Positions 19,807-30,173 of a DNA stretch of 64,000 nucleotides are shown piece after piece (position 1 is the first letter of the stretch; the number at the start of each line of letters is the position of its first letter). This stretch comes from an uncultured Campylobacter sp. GTDB lineage: Bacteria; Campylobacterota; Campylobacteria; Campylobacterales; Campylobacteraceae. The position numbers and the translations under genes were made by a program. Under the pieces are notes generated by a model. It did not search any database. It was not told the DNA's origin and was given only the letters and a program-made list of their open reading frames with translations. The stretch covers positions 774 to 64,773 of the forward strand of contig CAURWB010000004.1 of the NCBI GenBank assembly GCA_963528245.1, given 5' to 3'.

Positions 19807-21068
19807 TGAATAAGACATTGACCAACAAGATTTTAATCACGTTGGCATTTTTATTTGCTTACAGGATACTGGCATACGTGCCGGTTCCTGGCGTAAACGT
19901 CAATGTTATTAAAGAGTTTTTCGATTCGAATTCCGCAAACGCGCTTGGACTATTTAATATGTTCAGCGGTAAGGCGGCAGAGCGCCTCAGCATCATCTCT
20001 CTAGGCATTATGCCATACATCACAGCATCGATTATTATGGAGCTTTTAGCGGCTACTTTCCCAAATTTGGGCAAGATGAAAAAAGACCGCGACGGCATGC
20101 AAAAATATATGCAGATTATCCGTTATGCCACTATCGGTATCACGCTTGTTCAAGCAGTTGGTGTTAGTATGGGGCTTCAGAGTCTTCACGGTAGAGGCGG
20201 AGAGGACGCAATAATGATAGATATGAATTTATTTATCGCGATTGCGGCAGCTTCGATGCTAACAGGAACTATGCTTTTGATGTGGATAGGCGAGCAGATC
20301 ACTCAGCGAGGTATCGGCAACGGCATCAGCCTTATTATCTTCGCTGGTATCGTTAGCGGCATACCTTCAGCCATCGGCGGAACGGTAAATTTGGTAAATA
20401 CGGGCGAGATGAACTTCCTCGTGGTTATCGGAATTTTGCTTGTTATCTTGGTCACGGTAGGCATAGTTATCTACGTCGAGATGGGCGAGAGACGCGTACC
20501 GGTGAGCTATTCGCGTAAGGTAGTGATGGAAAATCAAAACAAACGCATCATGAACTATATACCTATTAAGGTAAATTTAAGCGGCGTTATTCCTCCGATT
20601 TTCGCCAGTGCGATTTTGATGTTCCCAAGCACCATTTTGCAGGCCAGTACAAATCCTTACATCCAAGCTATTCACGATTTTTTAAATCCAAATAGCTATT
20701 TTTTCAACTTTTTAACATTCTTGCTGGTTGTATTTTTTGCATATTTTTACGCTTCGATCGCGTTTAACGCAAAAGATATCAGCGAAAATTTAAAAAGACA
20801 GGGCGGATTTATCCCGGGTATTAGACCGGGCGAGGGCACTGCAGGCTATCTAAACGAAGTCGCATCGAGGCTAACTTTTAGCGGAGCGATTTATCTTGGA
20901 CTTATCTCGACTCTGCCTTGGGTGCTCGTTAAATTTATGGGCGTTCCGTTTTATTTCGGCGGTACGTCGGTACTGATCGTAGTTTCTGTCGCGCTTGATA
21001 CGATGCGAAGGATAGAAGCTCAAATTTATATGAATAAATATCAAACTCTAAGTGCGGTAGGCTTGTAA
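19806..21068 (+). CDS. secY: Preprotein translocase subunit SecY
   Basis: 420 aa; multi-TM; conserved position after rplO. Confidence 0.98.
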   Translation: MNKTLTNKILITLAFLFAYRILAYVPVPGVNVNVIKEFFDSNSANALGLFNMFSGKAAERLSIISLGIMPYITASIIMELLAATFPNLGKMKKDRDGMQKYMQIIRYATIGITLVQAVGVSMGLQSLHGRGGEDAIMIDMNLFIAIAAASMLTGTMLLMWIGEQITQRGIGNGISLIIFAGIVSGIPSAIGGTVNLVNTGEMNFLVVIGILLVILVTVGIVIYVEMGERRVPVSYSRKVVMENQNKRIMNYIPIKVNLSGVIPPIFASAILMFPSTILQASTNPYIQAIHDFLNPNSYFFNFLTFLLVVFFAYFYASIAFNAKDISENLKRQGGFIPGIRPGEGTAGYLNEVASRLTFSGAIYLGLISTLPWVLVKFMGVPFYFGGTSVLIVVSVALDTMRRIEAQIYMNKYQTLSAVGL

Positions 21069-21826
21069 TGGCTATAACCATCATGCAGCCAAACGACATA
21101 GAGAAGATGCGAGCGGCGAATAAAATCGTCGCTCAAACCCTCGACTACGTAGAAAGCGTGATCAAGCCCGGCATCTCACTGCTCGAAATAGATAAAATTT
21201 GCGAGGATATGATAAGGTCCGCAGGCGCAAAGCCGGCATTTAAGGGGCTTTACGGCTTTCCAAACGCCGCTTGTATCAGCGTAAACGAAGTAGTCATCCA
21301 CGGAATCCCGAACGAATACAAACTACAAGAAGGCGATATCGTAAGCGTCGATATCGGCTCAAATTTGAACGGATACTTCGGCGATTCGGCTAGAACTTGG
21401 GGCGTGGGTCAAATTTCGCGCGAAGACGAAAAGCTGATCGCTTGCGCCAAAGATGCGTTATATTTTGCGATAGATACCGTAAAAGCAGGAATGCACTTTA
21501 AAGAGCTTAGTTTTGAAATCGAGAAATTTATAAGAGCTCGCGGATTCGTTCCGTTAACGGGATTTTGCGGTCACGGCATCGGTAGACGCCCACACGAAGA
21601 TCCGCAAATTTTAAATTATTTAGAGGGCGGTAGCCCAAAATCAGGACCTAAAATTAAAAACGGAATGGTATTTTGCGTGGAGCCGATGATCTGCCAAAAA
21701 GATGGCACTCCGGTGATCGGTCACGACAAATGGAAAGTAACTAGCAAAGACGGGCTAAGAACCAGCCACTACGAGCACTGCATGGCAGTCGTAAACGGAC
21801 GTGCGGAGATCTTAAGTCTAGCGTAA
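21068..21826 (+). CDS. map: Type I methionine aminopeptidase
   Basis: 252 aa; metal-ligand context VDIG, GHGIG, EPM. Confidence 0.96.
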   Translation: MAITIMQPNDIEKMRAANKIVAQTLDYVESVIKPGISLLEIDKICEDMIRSAGAKPAFKGLYGFPNAACISVNEVVIHGIPNEYKLQEGDIVSVDIGSNLNGYFGDSARTWGVGQISREDEKLIACAKDALYFAIDTVKAGMHFKELSFEIEKFIRARGFVPLTGFCGHGIGRRPHEDPQILNYLEGGSPKSGPKIKNGMVFCVEPMICQKDGTPVIGHDKWKVTSKDGLRTSHYEHCMAVVNGRAEILSLA

Positions 21827-21830
21827 AATT

Positions 21831-21870
21831 TTAAAATTTACAAATCGTTTGCGCGACTTGTAAATTTTAA
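21831..21870. repeat. 13-bp perfect inverted repeat between map and infA (possible terminator or operator)
   Basis: TTAAAATTTACAA (21831-21843), 14-nt loop, TTGTAAATTTTAA (21858-21870). Confidence 0.4.
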
Positions 21871-21951
21871 AATTTTAATTTGTGGTGAGTTAAAATTTTA
21901 AATCCAAATTTCCGCCCAGCGGCGAAAGTAAATTTAACAAAAAGGAGTTAA

Positions 21952-22170
21952 GTGGCAAAAGACGACGTCATAGAGATCGACGGCAACGTCATCGAGGCGC
22001 TGCCAAACGCGACGTTTAAGGTTGAGCTCGACAACAAACACGTGATTTTGTGTCATATTGCGGGCAAGATGAGGATGCATTATATAAAAATAATGCCTGG
22101 AGACCGTGTAAAGGTGGAACTAACGCCTTACAGTCTGGATAAGGGTAGGATAATTTACCGACATAAGTAA
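21952..22170 (+). CDS. infA: Translation initiation factor IF-1
   Basis: 72 aa; GTG start after AAAGGAG; [11 protein letters not shown]... Confidence 0.97.
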   Translation: MAKDDVIEIDGNVIEALPNATFKVELDNKHVILCHIAGKMRMHYIKIMPGDRVKVELTPYSLDKGRIIYRHK

Positions 22171-22326
22171 ATTAAAAGCTAAATTTGGCTATACTCAGCC
22201 CTTTGCGACAAATTGCTGTATGAAGAATTGTTTTCAAAGCCCACCACTTGTTTTGAAAATAGTTGGTTTAAAATTTCGTTAAACCTGATGCAGCCTAAAA
22301 GTGGAATAAATTTTTAGGAGACTAGA

Positions 22327-22440
22327 ATGAAAGTTCGTCCTTCTGTAAAGAAGATGTGTGACAAGTGCAAAATTGTCAAGCGCCAAGGCGTAGTTCGCAT
22401 AATCTGCGAAAATCCAAAACATAAACAAAGACAAGGATAA
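22327..22440 (+). CDS. rpmJ: 50S ribosomal protein L36
   Basis: Hand-translated 37 aa [37 protein letters not shown] after AGGAG; absent from the ORF track because it is under 60 aa. Confidence 0.95.
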   Translation: MKVRPSVKKMCDKCKIVKRQGVVRIICENPKHKQRQG

Positions 22441-22443
22441 AGC

Positions 22444-22812
22444 ATGGCACGTATCGCAGGTGTGGATTTACCAAAGAAAAAGAGAATCGAATACGGTTTG
22501 ACCTATATTTACGGTATCGGTCTTCACAAATCTCGTCAAATTTTGGATGCTACCAAAATTTCTTATGACAAAAGAGTAAACGATCTAACCGAAGACGAAG
22601 CCGCGGCTATCCGCAAAGAGATCCAAGAGCATCACGTAGTGGAAGGTGACCTTAGAAAAAGCGTCGCTATGGACATCAAGGCTCTTATGGACTTAGGAAG
22701 CTACCGTGGGTTAAGACACAGAAAAGGTCTTCCGGTGCGCGGTCAAAAGACTAAAACAAACGCTAGAACTAGAAAAGGCAAGCGCAAGACAGTCGGCGCT
22801 GCGACGAAATAA
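22444..22812 (+). CDS. rpsM: 30S ribosomal protein S13
   Basis: 122 aa; [11 protein letters not shown]-terminus. Confidence 0.98.
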   Translation: MARIAGVDLPKKKRIEYGLTYIYGIGLHKSRQILDATKISYDKRVNDLTEDEAAAIRKEIQEHHVVEGDLRKSVAMDIKALMDLGSYRGLRHRKGLPVRGQKTKTNARTRKGKRKTVGAATK

Positions 22813-22821
22813 GGATAAGCG

Positions 22822-23214
22822 ATGGCAAAAAGAAAAGTAGTTAAAAAGAAAATTGTAAGAAAAAGTATCGCTAAAGGTATCGTTTATATAAGCGCTACTT
22901 TTAACAACACTATGGTAACGGTTACCGATGAAATGGGAAATGCTATCGCTTGGAGCAGTGCTGGCGGACTAGGCTTTAAAGGAAGTAAAAAATCAACTCC
23001 TTATGCAGCCCAACAAGCAGTAGAAGACGCTCTAACTAAAGCAAAAGAGCACGGCATAAAAGAAGTAGGTATCAAAGTACAAGGTCCTGGCAGCGGTAGA
23101 GAGACCGCAGTCAAGAGCGTAGGTGCGGTAGAGGGTATAAAAGTAACATTTTTAAAAGATATAACTCCGCTTCCGCATAATGGTTGCAGACCGCCAAAAC
23201 GCCGCCGCGTATAA
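22822..23214 (+). CDS. rpsK: 30S ribosomal protein S11
   Basis: 130 aa; conserved sequence and position. Confidence 0.98.
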   Translation: MAKRKVVKKKIVRKSIAKGIVYISATFNNTMVTVTDEMGNAIAWSSAGGLGFKGSKKSTPYAAQQAVEDALTKAKEHGIKEVGIKVQGPGSGRETAVKSVGAVEGIKVTFLKDITPLPHNGCRPPKRRRV

Positions 23215-23236
23215 TTAGAAATTTAGGAGAATTATT

Positions 23237-23863
23237 ATGGCTAGATATAGAGGACCCGTTGAAAAATTAGAAAGACGTCTTGGTGTGTCTCTTGCGTTAA
23301 AAGGCGAAAGAAGACTTGCCGGTAAAAGCGCTTTAGAAAAAAGAAATTATGCACCAGGACAACACGGACAAAGAAGAAGCAAGATAAGCGAATACGGCTT
23401 GCAGCTTCGCGAAAAACAAAAAGCTAAATTTATGTACGGCATTAGCGAAAAGCAATTCCGCCGCTTATTCCAAGAGGCTGCTCGCCGCGAGGGAAATACC
23501 GGTGCGCTTTTGGTGCAGCTTTTGGAGCAAAGACTAGATAACGTAGTTTACAGAATGGGCTTTGCGACGACTCGCCGCTTCGCTCGCCAGCTAGTTACTC
23601 ACGGACATATTTTAGTAAACGGCAAGAGAGTGGATATTCCTTCTTACAGAGTCCAAGCGGGCGCTAAAGTAGAGGTTATCGAAAAATCTAAAAACAATCC
23701 GCAAATCGTTCGCGCGATCGATCTTACGGCGCAAACCGGCATCGTAGCTTGGGTCGACGTCGAAAAAGATAAAAAATTCGGAATTTTCACAAGAACTCCG
23801 GAAAGGGAAGAAGTAGTCATTCCTGTCGAGGAAAGATTCATAGTAGAGCTTTATTCGAAATAA
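23237..23863 (+). CDS. rpsD: 30S ribosomal protein S4
   Basis: 208 aa; MARYRGPV N-terminus. Confidence 0.98.
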   Translation: MARYRGPVEKLERRLGVSLALKGERRLAGKSALEKRNYAPGQHGQRRSKISEYGLQLREKQKAKFMYGISEKQFRRLFQEAARREGNTGALLVQLLEQRLDNVVYRMGFATTRRFARQLVTHGHILVNGKRVDIPSYRVQAGAKVEVIEKSKNNPQIVRAIDLTAQTGIVAWVDVEKDKKFGIFTRTPEREEVVIPVEERFIVELYSK

Positions 23864-23877
23864 TAAGGGGTATAACG

Positions 23878-24891
23878 ATGAAAAAAATTACCACATCAGC
23901 TTATATGCCTACCGAAATTTCAGTAGAGAGTATAAGCGAGAATGTCGCCAGAATAACCGCGTATCCGTTTGAGACGGGCTATGCGGTTACTTTGGCTCAT
24001 CCGCTAAGGCGACTTTTATATAGCAGCACGGTTGGATTTGCGGCTACGGGCGTCAAGATAGAGGGCGTATCTCACGAATTTGATTCAATGAGAGGCATGC
24101 TTGAGGACGTAGCGCAGTTTATCATAAATTTAAAAAACATCCGCTTTAAGCTAAAGAATGAGTCTGAGCGCGAGGTGGTTGAGTATTCGTTTAAAGGTCC
24201 AAAAGAGATAAAAGCCGGCGATCTAAAAAACGATGTTGTAGATGTCGTAAATCCAGACGCTTATCTTGCGACCATAAACGAGGATGCGGAGCTTAAATTT
24301 TCCGTAATCATTCAAAAAGGTATCGGATACGTCCCAAGTGAAGAAATAAGAGACAATACCGAAGAGGGTTATATAGCTCTCGACGCTTTCTTTACGCCTG
24401 TTAAAAAAGCTGTTTATGAGCTGGAAAATGTCCTGGTTGAGGATAACCCTGACTACGAGAAGATTATTTTCACGGTTACGACGGACGGACAAGTGGGCGC
24501 GATCGAGGCGTTTAAACACGCGATCGAGGCAATGTATCAGCAGATGTCGGTGTTTAAGGGCGTTTTAAATATCGACGTTTCGGCAGGTCTAAACGCTCAA
24601 ACTTCAGGTAGCGAGCATGCGAAACTACTTCAAAGTGTAGAAGAGCTAAATTTGAGCGCCAGAAGCTTTAACTGCCTTGATAAAGCCGAGATTAGATTTA
24701 TCGGTGAGCTTGCTTTGATGGATGAAAACGAGCTAAAAGAGCTTAAAAATTTAGGCAAAAAATCTCTCGACGAGATCAAAGCCGTTATGCAAGAGATCGG
24801 ATATCCGGTCGGCGGCGACCTAGGCGGCGGCAAAGAGCAACTCAAGAAAAAAATCGCCGACCTAAAATCACAAATGAGTGCAAAAGAGTAA
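23878..24891 (+). CDS. rpoA: DNA-directed RNA polymerase subunit alpha
   Basis: 337 aa; conserved position; C-terminal domain [11 protein letters not shown]. Confidence 0.97.
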   Translation: MKKITTSAYMPTEISVESISENVARITAYPFETGYAVTLAHPLRRLLYSSTVGFAATGVKIEGVSHEFDSMRGMLEDVAQFIINLKNIRFKLKNESEREVVEYSFKGPKEIKAGDLKNDVVDVVNPDAYLATINEDAELKFSVIIQKGIGYVPSEEIRDNTEEGYIALDAFFTPVKKAVYELENVLVEDNPDYEKIIFTVTTDGQVGAIEAFKHAIEAMYQQMSVFKGVLNIDVSAGLNAQTSGSEHAKLLQSVEELNLSARSFNCLDKAEIRFIGELALMDENELKELKNLGKKSLDEIKAVMQEIGYPVGGDLGGGKEQLKKKIADLKSQMSAKE

Positions 24892-24902
24892 AAGGAAGAT
24901 AA

Positions 24903-25259
24903 ATGAGACACGGTCACGGATACAGAAAACTAGGTAGGACGTCGGCTCACCGTTCGGCTCTACTTAAAAATTTAGCTATCGCTATCATCAAAAGCGAAAA
25001 GATAGAGACGACCTTGCCTAAGGCAAAAGAGTTAAGAAGCTATATCGAAAAGCTAATCACTAGAGCGAGAAAAGGCGACAGTAACGCTCATAGAGCGGTT
25101 TTTGCTAGCCTGCAGGATAAAGAAACTACGAATAAGCTAGTAACTGAGCTGGCTCCAAAATTCGTAGGCAAAAACGGCGGATATACGCGCATCGTTAAGA
25201 CTCGCGTTCGCCGAGGCGATGCTGCTGAGATGGCTTATATCGAGCTAATCAAAGAATAA
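24903..25259 (+). CDS. rplQ: 50S ribosomal protein L17
   Basis: 118 aa; [13 protein letters not shown]-terminus. Confidence 0.98.
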   Translation: MRHGHGYRKLGRTSAHRSALLKNLAIAIIKSEKIETTLPKAKELRSYIEKLITRARKGDSNAHRAVFASLQDKETTNKLVTELAPKFVGKNGGYTRIVKTRVRRGDAAEMAYIELIKE

Positions 25260-25264
25260 TTTTT

Positions 25265-25292
25265 AGAGAGCTTCGGCTCTCTTTTTCTTTTT
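25265..25292 (+). terminator. Rho-independent terminator of the alpha operon
   Basis: AGAGAGC ttcg GCTCTCT followed by TTTTTCTTTTT. Confidence 0.8.
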
Positions 25293-25760
25293 AAATTTAC
25301 ATATTTTAGTTACCTCAAAGTCCCTTGAGTCTTTTATCTCGATTAAATTTATTTGTTCATTTATTACATTGTTCGCAATTTTGCATATAGGCGGAAAATA
25401 ATAAAATTTGTAGCTAATTTTACCCTGATTTCTGTCGCAGTTTGAAGTGCAAATTTGCTTTCAAAAGATTTGCTTGTACGATAGACGCTTGCCATATCAA
25501 ATTTATACATGTCTGCAAACAACATTTAGAATATTAATCATAGGTATTTCGAGTTTTGAATTACGGATTACGCCCCTGCTACTACCGCACGTTTTCATCC
25601 TTAAAGAGCTGCTGGCATCTTTTAAATTTGACTCACTCATACATAGAATCGCTTAAAATTCCAAATTTATCCAAGTCAAAAATAGCCGCCAAAACGTCAA
25701 ACTCATGTCGTATTTAAAATTTTATCTGCTATAATACCCCAAAAATTTAAAAGGTTAAAA

Positions 25761-26030
25761 ATGATCCCATTTACTGACGAAGAGCTTCTAAAGCCCGTAA
25801 AAGCAAGCCTGCAAAAGGTTTTGCCTATGCTTGAAAACGACGGCGGAGGCATGGAGCTGCTGGGTATCAAAAACGGTAAAATTTATGTCCGCCTCACCGG
25901 CCACTGCCACGGCTGCGCAGCTAGCACTACTACGCTAAAATACGGCATCGAGCGCCAGCTTCGCATGGATATCCACCCCGAGCTAGAGGTCGTAAACATC
26001 CCTATCGGCGAGGAAGCTAAATTTGATTGA
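25761..26030 (+). CDS. NifU C-terminal-domain (Nfu-type) Fe-S cluster protein
   Basis: 89 aa; GGG..L......G.v.vrL.G.C.GC pattern with CHGC. Confidence 0.8.
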   Translation: MIPFTDEELLKPVKASLQKVLPMLENDGGGMELLGIKNGKIYVRLTGHCHGCAASTTTLKYGIERQLRMDIHPELEVVNIPIGEEAKFD

Positions 26031-26568
26031 TTATAAAAAGGCGGGGCTAAAAGCATTTAATAAGGGCGAATTTGACGCCGCTACCAGCTATTTTTCGCTC
26101 GCCTACGACAAAAAACCGGACAAAAAGCTACTTTTCCTCATTATGCTTTGCTCGCTTGCCAAGACTCGCCGCGATGAGGCGATGACGCTTTTTGAGATAT
26201 TTAAGCTAAAAGACAAACTCGGTATGAGCCCGGACGAGCTAGAGGAAATTTTGGGCGCGCTTGAGACGAAATTTAACGACGACGAGAGCCTTGAGGAGCA
26301 AAACGCCATCAGCTATGCCGATTTTATGGATGCGGTCAGGCGAGGCGGATTCAAAAGCACCTTCGAGGATATCATGTTTTCCACGCGCGTGATGATCGAT
26401 AACCGCGACGATTTTCTCGAGTTTTTGCAAAATCTTATCAAAAACGACTTCATCGAAATGGGGCTAAACTACATCGAAACCGCAGCCGTGATGTTTGCCG
26501 GCGACGAACGGTTAAGCGCGCTGGCTCGCGAAATCAACGAAAAGGCCGAAAGTGAAAATTTACGTTAA
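26023..26568 (+). CDS. Hypothetical protein
   Basis: 181-aa ORF translationally coupled to the nfu-like gene (8-nt overlap) and to murE (17-nt overlap); no motif recognised. Confidence 0.55.
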   Translation: MIDYKKAGLKAFNKGEFDAATSYFSLAYDKKPDKKLLFLIMLCSLAKTRRDEAMTLFEIFKLKDKLGMSPDELEEILGALETKFNDDESLEEQNAISYADFMDAVRRGGFKSTFEDIMFSTRVMIDNRDDFLEFLQNLIKNDFIEMGLNYIETAAVMFAGDERLSALAREINEKAESENLR

Positions 26569-27844
26569 AGAAGGCTTCGTCACCGATAACTCTAGCGTTT
26601 GCGAAGCGGATTGCTATTTCGTAAAAACGGCGACGAACTCCAAATTTGAAGCCGATGCCCTGGCAAAGGGCGCAAAAATCATAAATTTGGCCGAGTGCAA
26701 GCGGTTGCTGGGCATCGACGAGAACATCAAAATCATCGGCATTACGGGCACGAACGGCAAGACCACGACCGCGGCGGCTATCTGCGCTACGTTGCTAAAT
26801 TTAGGCTACGGATGCGGTCTATGCGGTACTCGCGGCGCCTTTATAAACGGCGAACGCATAGACGACAAGGCGCTAACGACGAGCGAAATTTTACGCACGC
26901 TTAGCTACCTAAAAGCCGCTAGCGAGCGCGGCTGCGAGTACTTCGTGATGGAGGTTAGCTCGCACGCCATCGCTCAAAAACGCATCGAGAGCCTGGATTT
27001 CGCGATGAAAATTTTTACGAATTTGACCCAAGACCATCTCGACTACCACGGTACGCTTGAAGAGTACGCGCGCGTAAAGAGCGAGTTTTTCGCAGACGAC
27101 GCGCCAAAGCTCATAAACATAGACGACCGCGGCGGGATCAAATTTAACCCCGCAAACGCCCTAACCTATGCGCTTCACGCCGACGCGGACTTCGCGCCCG
27201 CCGAGTATTCGCTAGAAGGCGGCATACGCGCGATGCTAAAAACCCCGCGCGGGCAAATGGCGCTAAGTTCAAATTTGCACGGCGAATTTAACCTCTACAA
27301 CCTCATAGCAGCCGTCTCTTGCGTCGCAACGCTGACGGATTGGCCGCTAGATGAGATCGCGCGCGCCGCGGCAGGGTTTGAGGGCGTCGAGGGGCGCATG
27401 GAGGTCGTGAGTCGCGAACCGCTCGTGATCGTGGACTTTGCGCACACGCCCGACGGTATCGAAAAGGTGCTAAATGCATTGCGCCATCGCAAGATCGTCG
27501 CGGTTTTTGGCGCCGGCGGCGATAGAGACCGCACCAAACGCCCAAAAATGGGTGCAATAGCGCAAAAATACGCGCACAGGCTCGTCGTCACCAGCGACAA
27601 CCCCCGCAGCGAAGAGCCAGAAATCATCATCGCCGAGATATGCTGTGGCCTAGAGATGAACGGGCGCGTAAAATGCATATCAAACCGCAAAGATGCGATA
27701 AAATACGCGCTTGAAAGCCTCGCACGGGATGAAATTTTGGTGATTTTAGGCAAGGGCGACGAAACATATCAGGAGATCAAGGGCGTAAAATATCCGTTTA
27801 GCGACAAAGAGGTCGTGCGCGAACTTTTGGACGGACGCGCCTAA
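26552..27844 (+). CDS. murE: UDP-N-acetylmuramoyl-L-alanyl-D-glutamate--2,6-diaminopimelate ligase
   Basis: 430 aa; GITGTNGKTT P-loop, Mur ligase middle and C-terminal motifs, DNPR. Confidence 0.9.
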   Translation: MKIYVKEGFVTDNSSVCEADCYFVKTATNSKFEADALAKGAKIINLAECKRLLGIDENIKIIGITGTNGKTTTAAAICATLLNLGYGCGLCGTRGAFINGERIDDKALTTSEILRTLSYLKAASERGCEYFVMEVSSHAIAQKRIESLDFAMKIFTNLTQDHLDYHGTLEEYARVKSEFFADDAPKLINIDDRGGIKFNPANALTYALHADADFAPAEYSLEGGIRAMLKTPRGQMALSSNLHGEFNLYNLIAAVSCVATLTDWPLDEIARAAAGFEGVEGRMEVVSREPLVIVDFAHTPDGIEKVLNALRHRKIVAVFGAGGDRDRTKRPKMGAIAQKYAHRLVVTSDNPRSEEPEIIIAEICCGLEMNGRVKCISNRKDAIKYALESLARDEILVILGKGDETYQEIKGVKYPFSDKEVVRELLDGRA

Positions 27845-28081
27845 ATTTACGAACGAAACGGCGACGAAATAAGGGTAAATTCGAGTAAAATTTGCCTTTG
27901 CTCGTGCCTAAATTTCTATTTTACTGCCGAGCGGCGTCAAATTTATCGCTCAACTAAACGCTGCTAATTTTAAATTTAATCATAAACTTAACACCGGATT
28001 TTATCGTAGCGAGCAAGCAAAAATGAATCGTCGCGGCTAAATTTATAGTATAATTTTCCCAAAAAACACAAAGGACTGCCG

Positions 28082-28429
28082 ATGAAAATCGAAATTTTAT
28101 CAAGCAAAATCCACCGCGCGCGCGTCACGGACGCCAACCTAAACTACGTGGGCTCGGTCACGATCGGACCCGAGCTCATCGAGGCTGCGGGGCTTTGCGA
28201 ATACCAAAAAGTAGAAATCCTAAACGTCAATAACGGCGAGCGCTTCGCCACATACGTGATTCGCGGCGAGAAAAAGGGCGAGATCTGCCTAAACGGCGCG
28301 GCTGCGCGCAAAGTCTGCGTCGGCGACGTCGTCATTATCGTGGCTTACGCGCTTCTTAGCGCCAAAAAAGCAAGAGATTTCGAACCAAAAATCGTGCAGG
28401 TAAACGAGCAAAACGAGATCGTAAAATAA
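28082..28429 (+). CDS. panD: Aspartate 1-decarboxylase
   Basis: 115 aa; [20 protein letters not shown] with the Gly-Ser self-cleavage site. It stands alone with no adjacent panB or panC. Confidence 0.93.
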   Translation: MKIEILSSKIHRARVTDANLNYVGSVTIGPELIEAAGLCEYQKVEILNVNNGERFATYVIRGEKKGEICLNGAAARKVCVGDVVIIVAYALLSAKKARDFEPKIVQVNEQNEIVK

Positions 28430-28651
28430 TTTACGCCCAAATTTGCCGTTTTGCGGCTGGGGGTCTAAATTTACATTTTATGGCAACGAGTCAAATTTGC
28501 GGTAAAATTCGGGCTATTGCGGCGCGATGGTCATTTGCGAACGGGCGAAGGGCGAACGCGCCAAATATTAATTTATTTAAATTTGACGCGGTCGGCAAAA
28601 TTCCGCGAAATTTGACCAAATTTTGCGCCTGAATTTAAAAGGATTCGCAAA

Positions 28652-29428
28652 ATGATAGCGATTTATTTCAGCTCCACGGGCAACACGAAGCATTGCGTAA
28701 AGAGATTTATAGAGCGTCTGAGCGGCGATATCCCTGCGGTTTCGATCGAGGACGAGGGCTGCAGCGAGCTGCTAAAGCGCCATGGCGACGTGATCCTTGC
28801 CTATCCTGTTTACTTTAGCGACCTGCCGCAGATCGTGCGCGAGTTCATTTGCGAAAACAGCGCGAATTTCCGCGGCAAAAACGTCTTTATCATCGCTACG
28901 ATGGAGATTTTTAGCGGCGACGGAGCGGGCTGCGCGGCTAGGATATTAAGGCGGGCTGGCGCGAAAATAACGGGCGGCGCACACATCAGAATGCCCGCGT
29001 TTATCCTCGATGTGGCGATTTTTAGCTATTCGGCGCAGAAAAACGAGCGCCTGATCAAGGAGGCAAACGCCAAGCTAGAGCGCGTCGTGCAGGCATTTGC
29101 CGCAGGTAAGCCGCCGAAAGAGGGGCTAGGCGTACTATGCCGTATCGCGGGGCTTTTGGGGCAGCGGCTATGGATGAAAATTTGGGACAAAACGCCCTTT
29201 GTTAGGCGCAAACCGACCCTCGATACGTCGCGTTGCAGCGGGTGCGGCGAGTGCGAGAGATCCTGTCCGATGCAAAATATAAAAATCACGTACGGCAAGG
29301 CGAGATTTGGCGAGCGCTGCACGATTTGCTACAGATGCGTGAACAGATGCAAGCAAAAGGCGATAACGATCCTCGGAAAGGCGAAAAATCTGGAAAAATC
29401 AGTCGCGGCGGAGTTCAAAGATATCTGA
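28652..29428 (+). CDS. Flavodoxin-like / 4Fe-4S dicluster ferredoxin fusion protein
   Basis: 258 aa; N-terminal IYFSSTGNT flavodoxin-like motif; C-terminal CSGCGECERSCP and CTICYRCVNRC. Confidence 0.75.
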   Translation: MIAIYFSSTGNTKHCVKRFIERLSGDIPAVSIEDEGCSELLKRHGDVILAYPVYFSDLPQIVREFICENSANFRGKNVFIIATMEIFSGDGAGCAARILRRAGAKITGGAHIRMPAFILDVAIFSYSAQKNERLIKEANAKLERVVQAFAAGKPPKEGLGVLCRIAGLLGQRLWMKIWDKTPFVRRKPTLDTSRCSGCGECERSCPMQNIKITYGKARFGERCTICYRCVNRCKQKAITILGKAKNLEKSVAAEFKDI

Positions 29429-29849
29429 CGCGCGCGCTCGTTCGCATGGGTCTCAGCTCCGCGATAGTTTATTTTGTTGCGCTTTGCGCAGCTTTTAAAT
29501 TTGCCGAAATGATCAAAATTTAGCGCCCGCCGCGTCTGCACTATCTTAAATGCTCTTTTGGTTCCGTGATTTACCGTCTTGCTTCGACTATTATATTTCT
29601 CAAATTTACAAAAAGTCCACGCTAGAAAACTACGCAGGCATTCTTGCGGGAGCCAAAACAGATCAAAACTCGCGCAGTTCACTTAAAGCAAAATTTCATC
29701 GTCAAATTTGACGGCTTTTCAGGCTCAAATTTACCCGTCCGCGCTCGTATCCGCGGCGAGTTTTAAAGGCGGGAACGAAACTTGCATTGCAGGCTTTAAA
29801 TAAAGTAAATTTAGCTTAAATTGGCTAAAATAACGCGAAATTTGAAAGG

Positions 29850-30173
29850 ATGTTTATGTTTGAGGGGATAGATTTTTCAAAAATGGGACAGATGCTCGAG
29901 GAGGCGCAAAAAAAGGCGCAAGAAATCGAGCAGGAGAGTCAAAAGCGCGAATTTAGCGTAAAAAGCGGCGGCGGGCTCATCAGCGTCAGAGCAAACGGCA
30001 AGGGCGAGGTGCTCGATATCAGCATCAACGACAGCTTGCTAGAGGACAAGGAGAGCTTGCAGATCTTGCTCATCAGCGCCGTAAACGACGTGCTAAAGAT
30101 GATCGAGGACGACCGCAAAAACGCCGCGTCAAGGATGCTGGGCGGGTTTGCCGGCATGGGACTAGGGCAATGA
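29850..30173 (+). CDS. ybaB: YbaB/EbfC family nucleoid-associated protein
   Basis: 107 aa; typical YbaB pattern (MGQMLEEAQK...GGGLISV..NG...L.I...L). Confidence 0.88.
   Translation: MFMFEGIDFSKMGQMLEEAQKKAQEIEQESQKREFSVKSGGGLISVRANGKGEVLDISINDSLLEDKESLQILLISAVNDVLKMIEDDRKNAASRMLGGFAGMGLGQ

Noticed and set aside
27295-27753. 152-aa and 84-aa ORFs antisense to murE
   Set aside because: These are shadow ORFs, and the murE frame has the Mur ligase motifs.
29329-29682. 117-aa minus-strand ORF in the ferredoxin-ybaB spacer
   Set aside because: It overlaps the end of the ferredoxin-fusion gene and then spacer arrays, with no Shine-Dalgarno and an implausible composition.
29429-29849. Looked for an SRP (4.5S) RNA upstream of ybaB, as in the ffs-dnaX-ybaB-recR clusters of other bacteria
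   Set aside because: No GGAAGCAGCC/AGGTCCGGAAGG-type domain IV motif is present.
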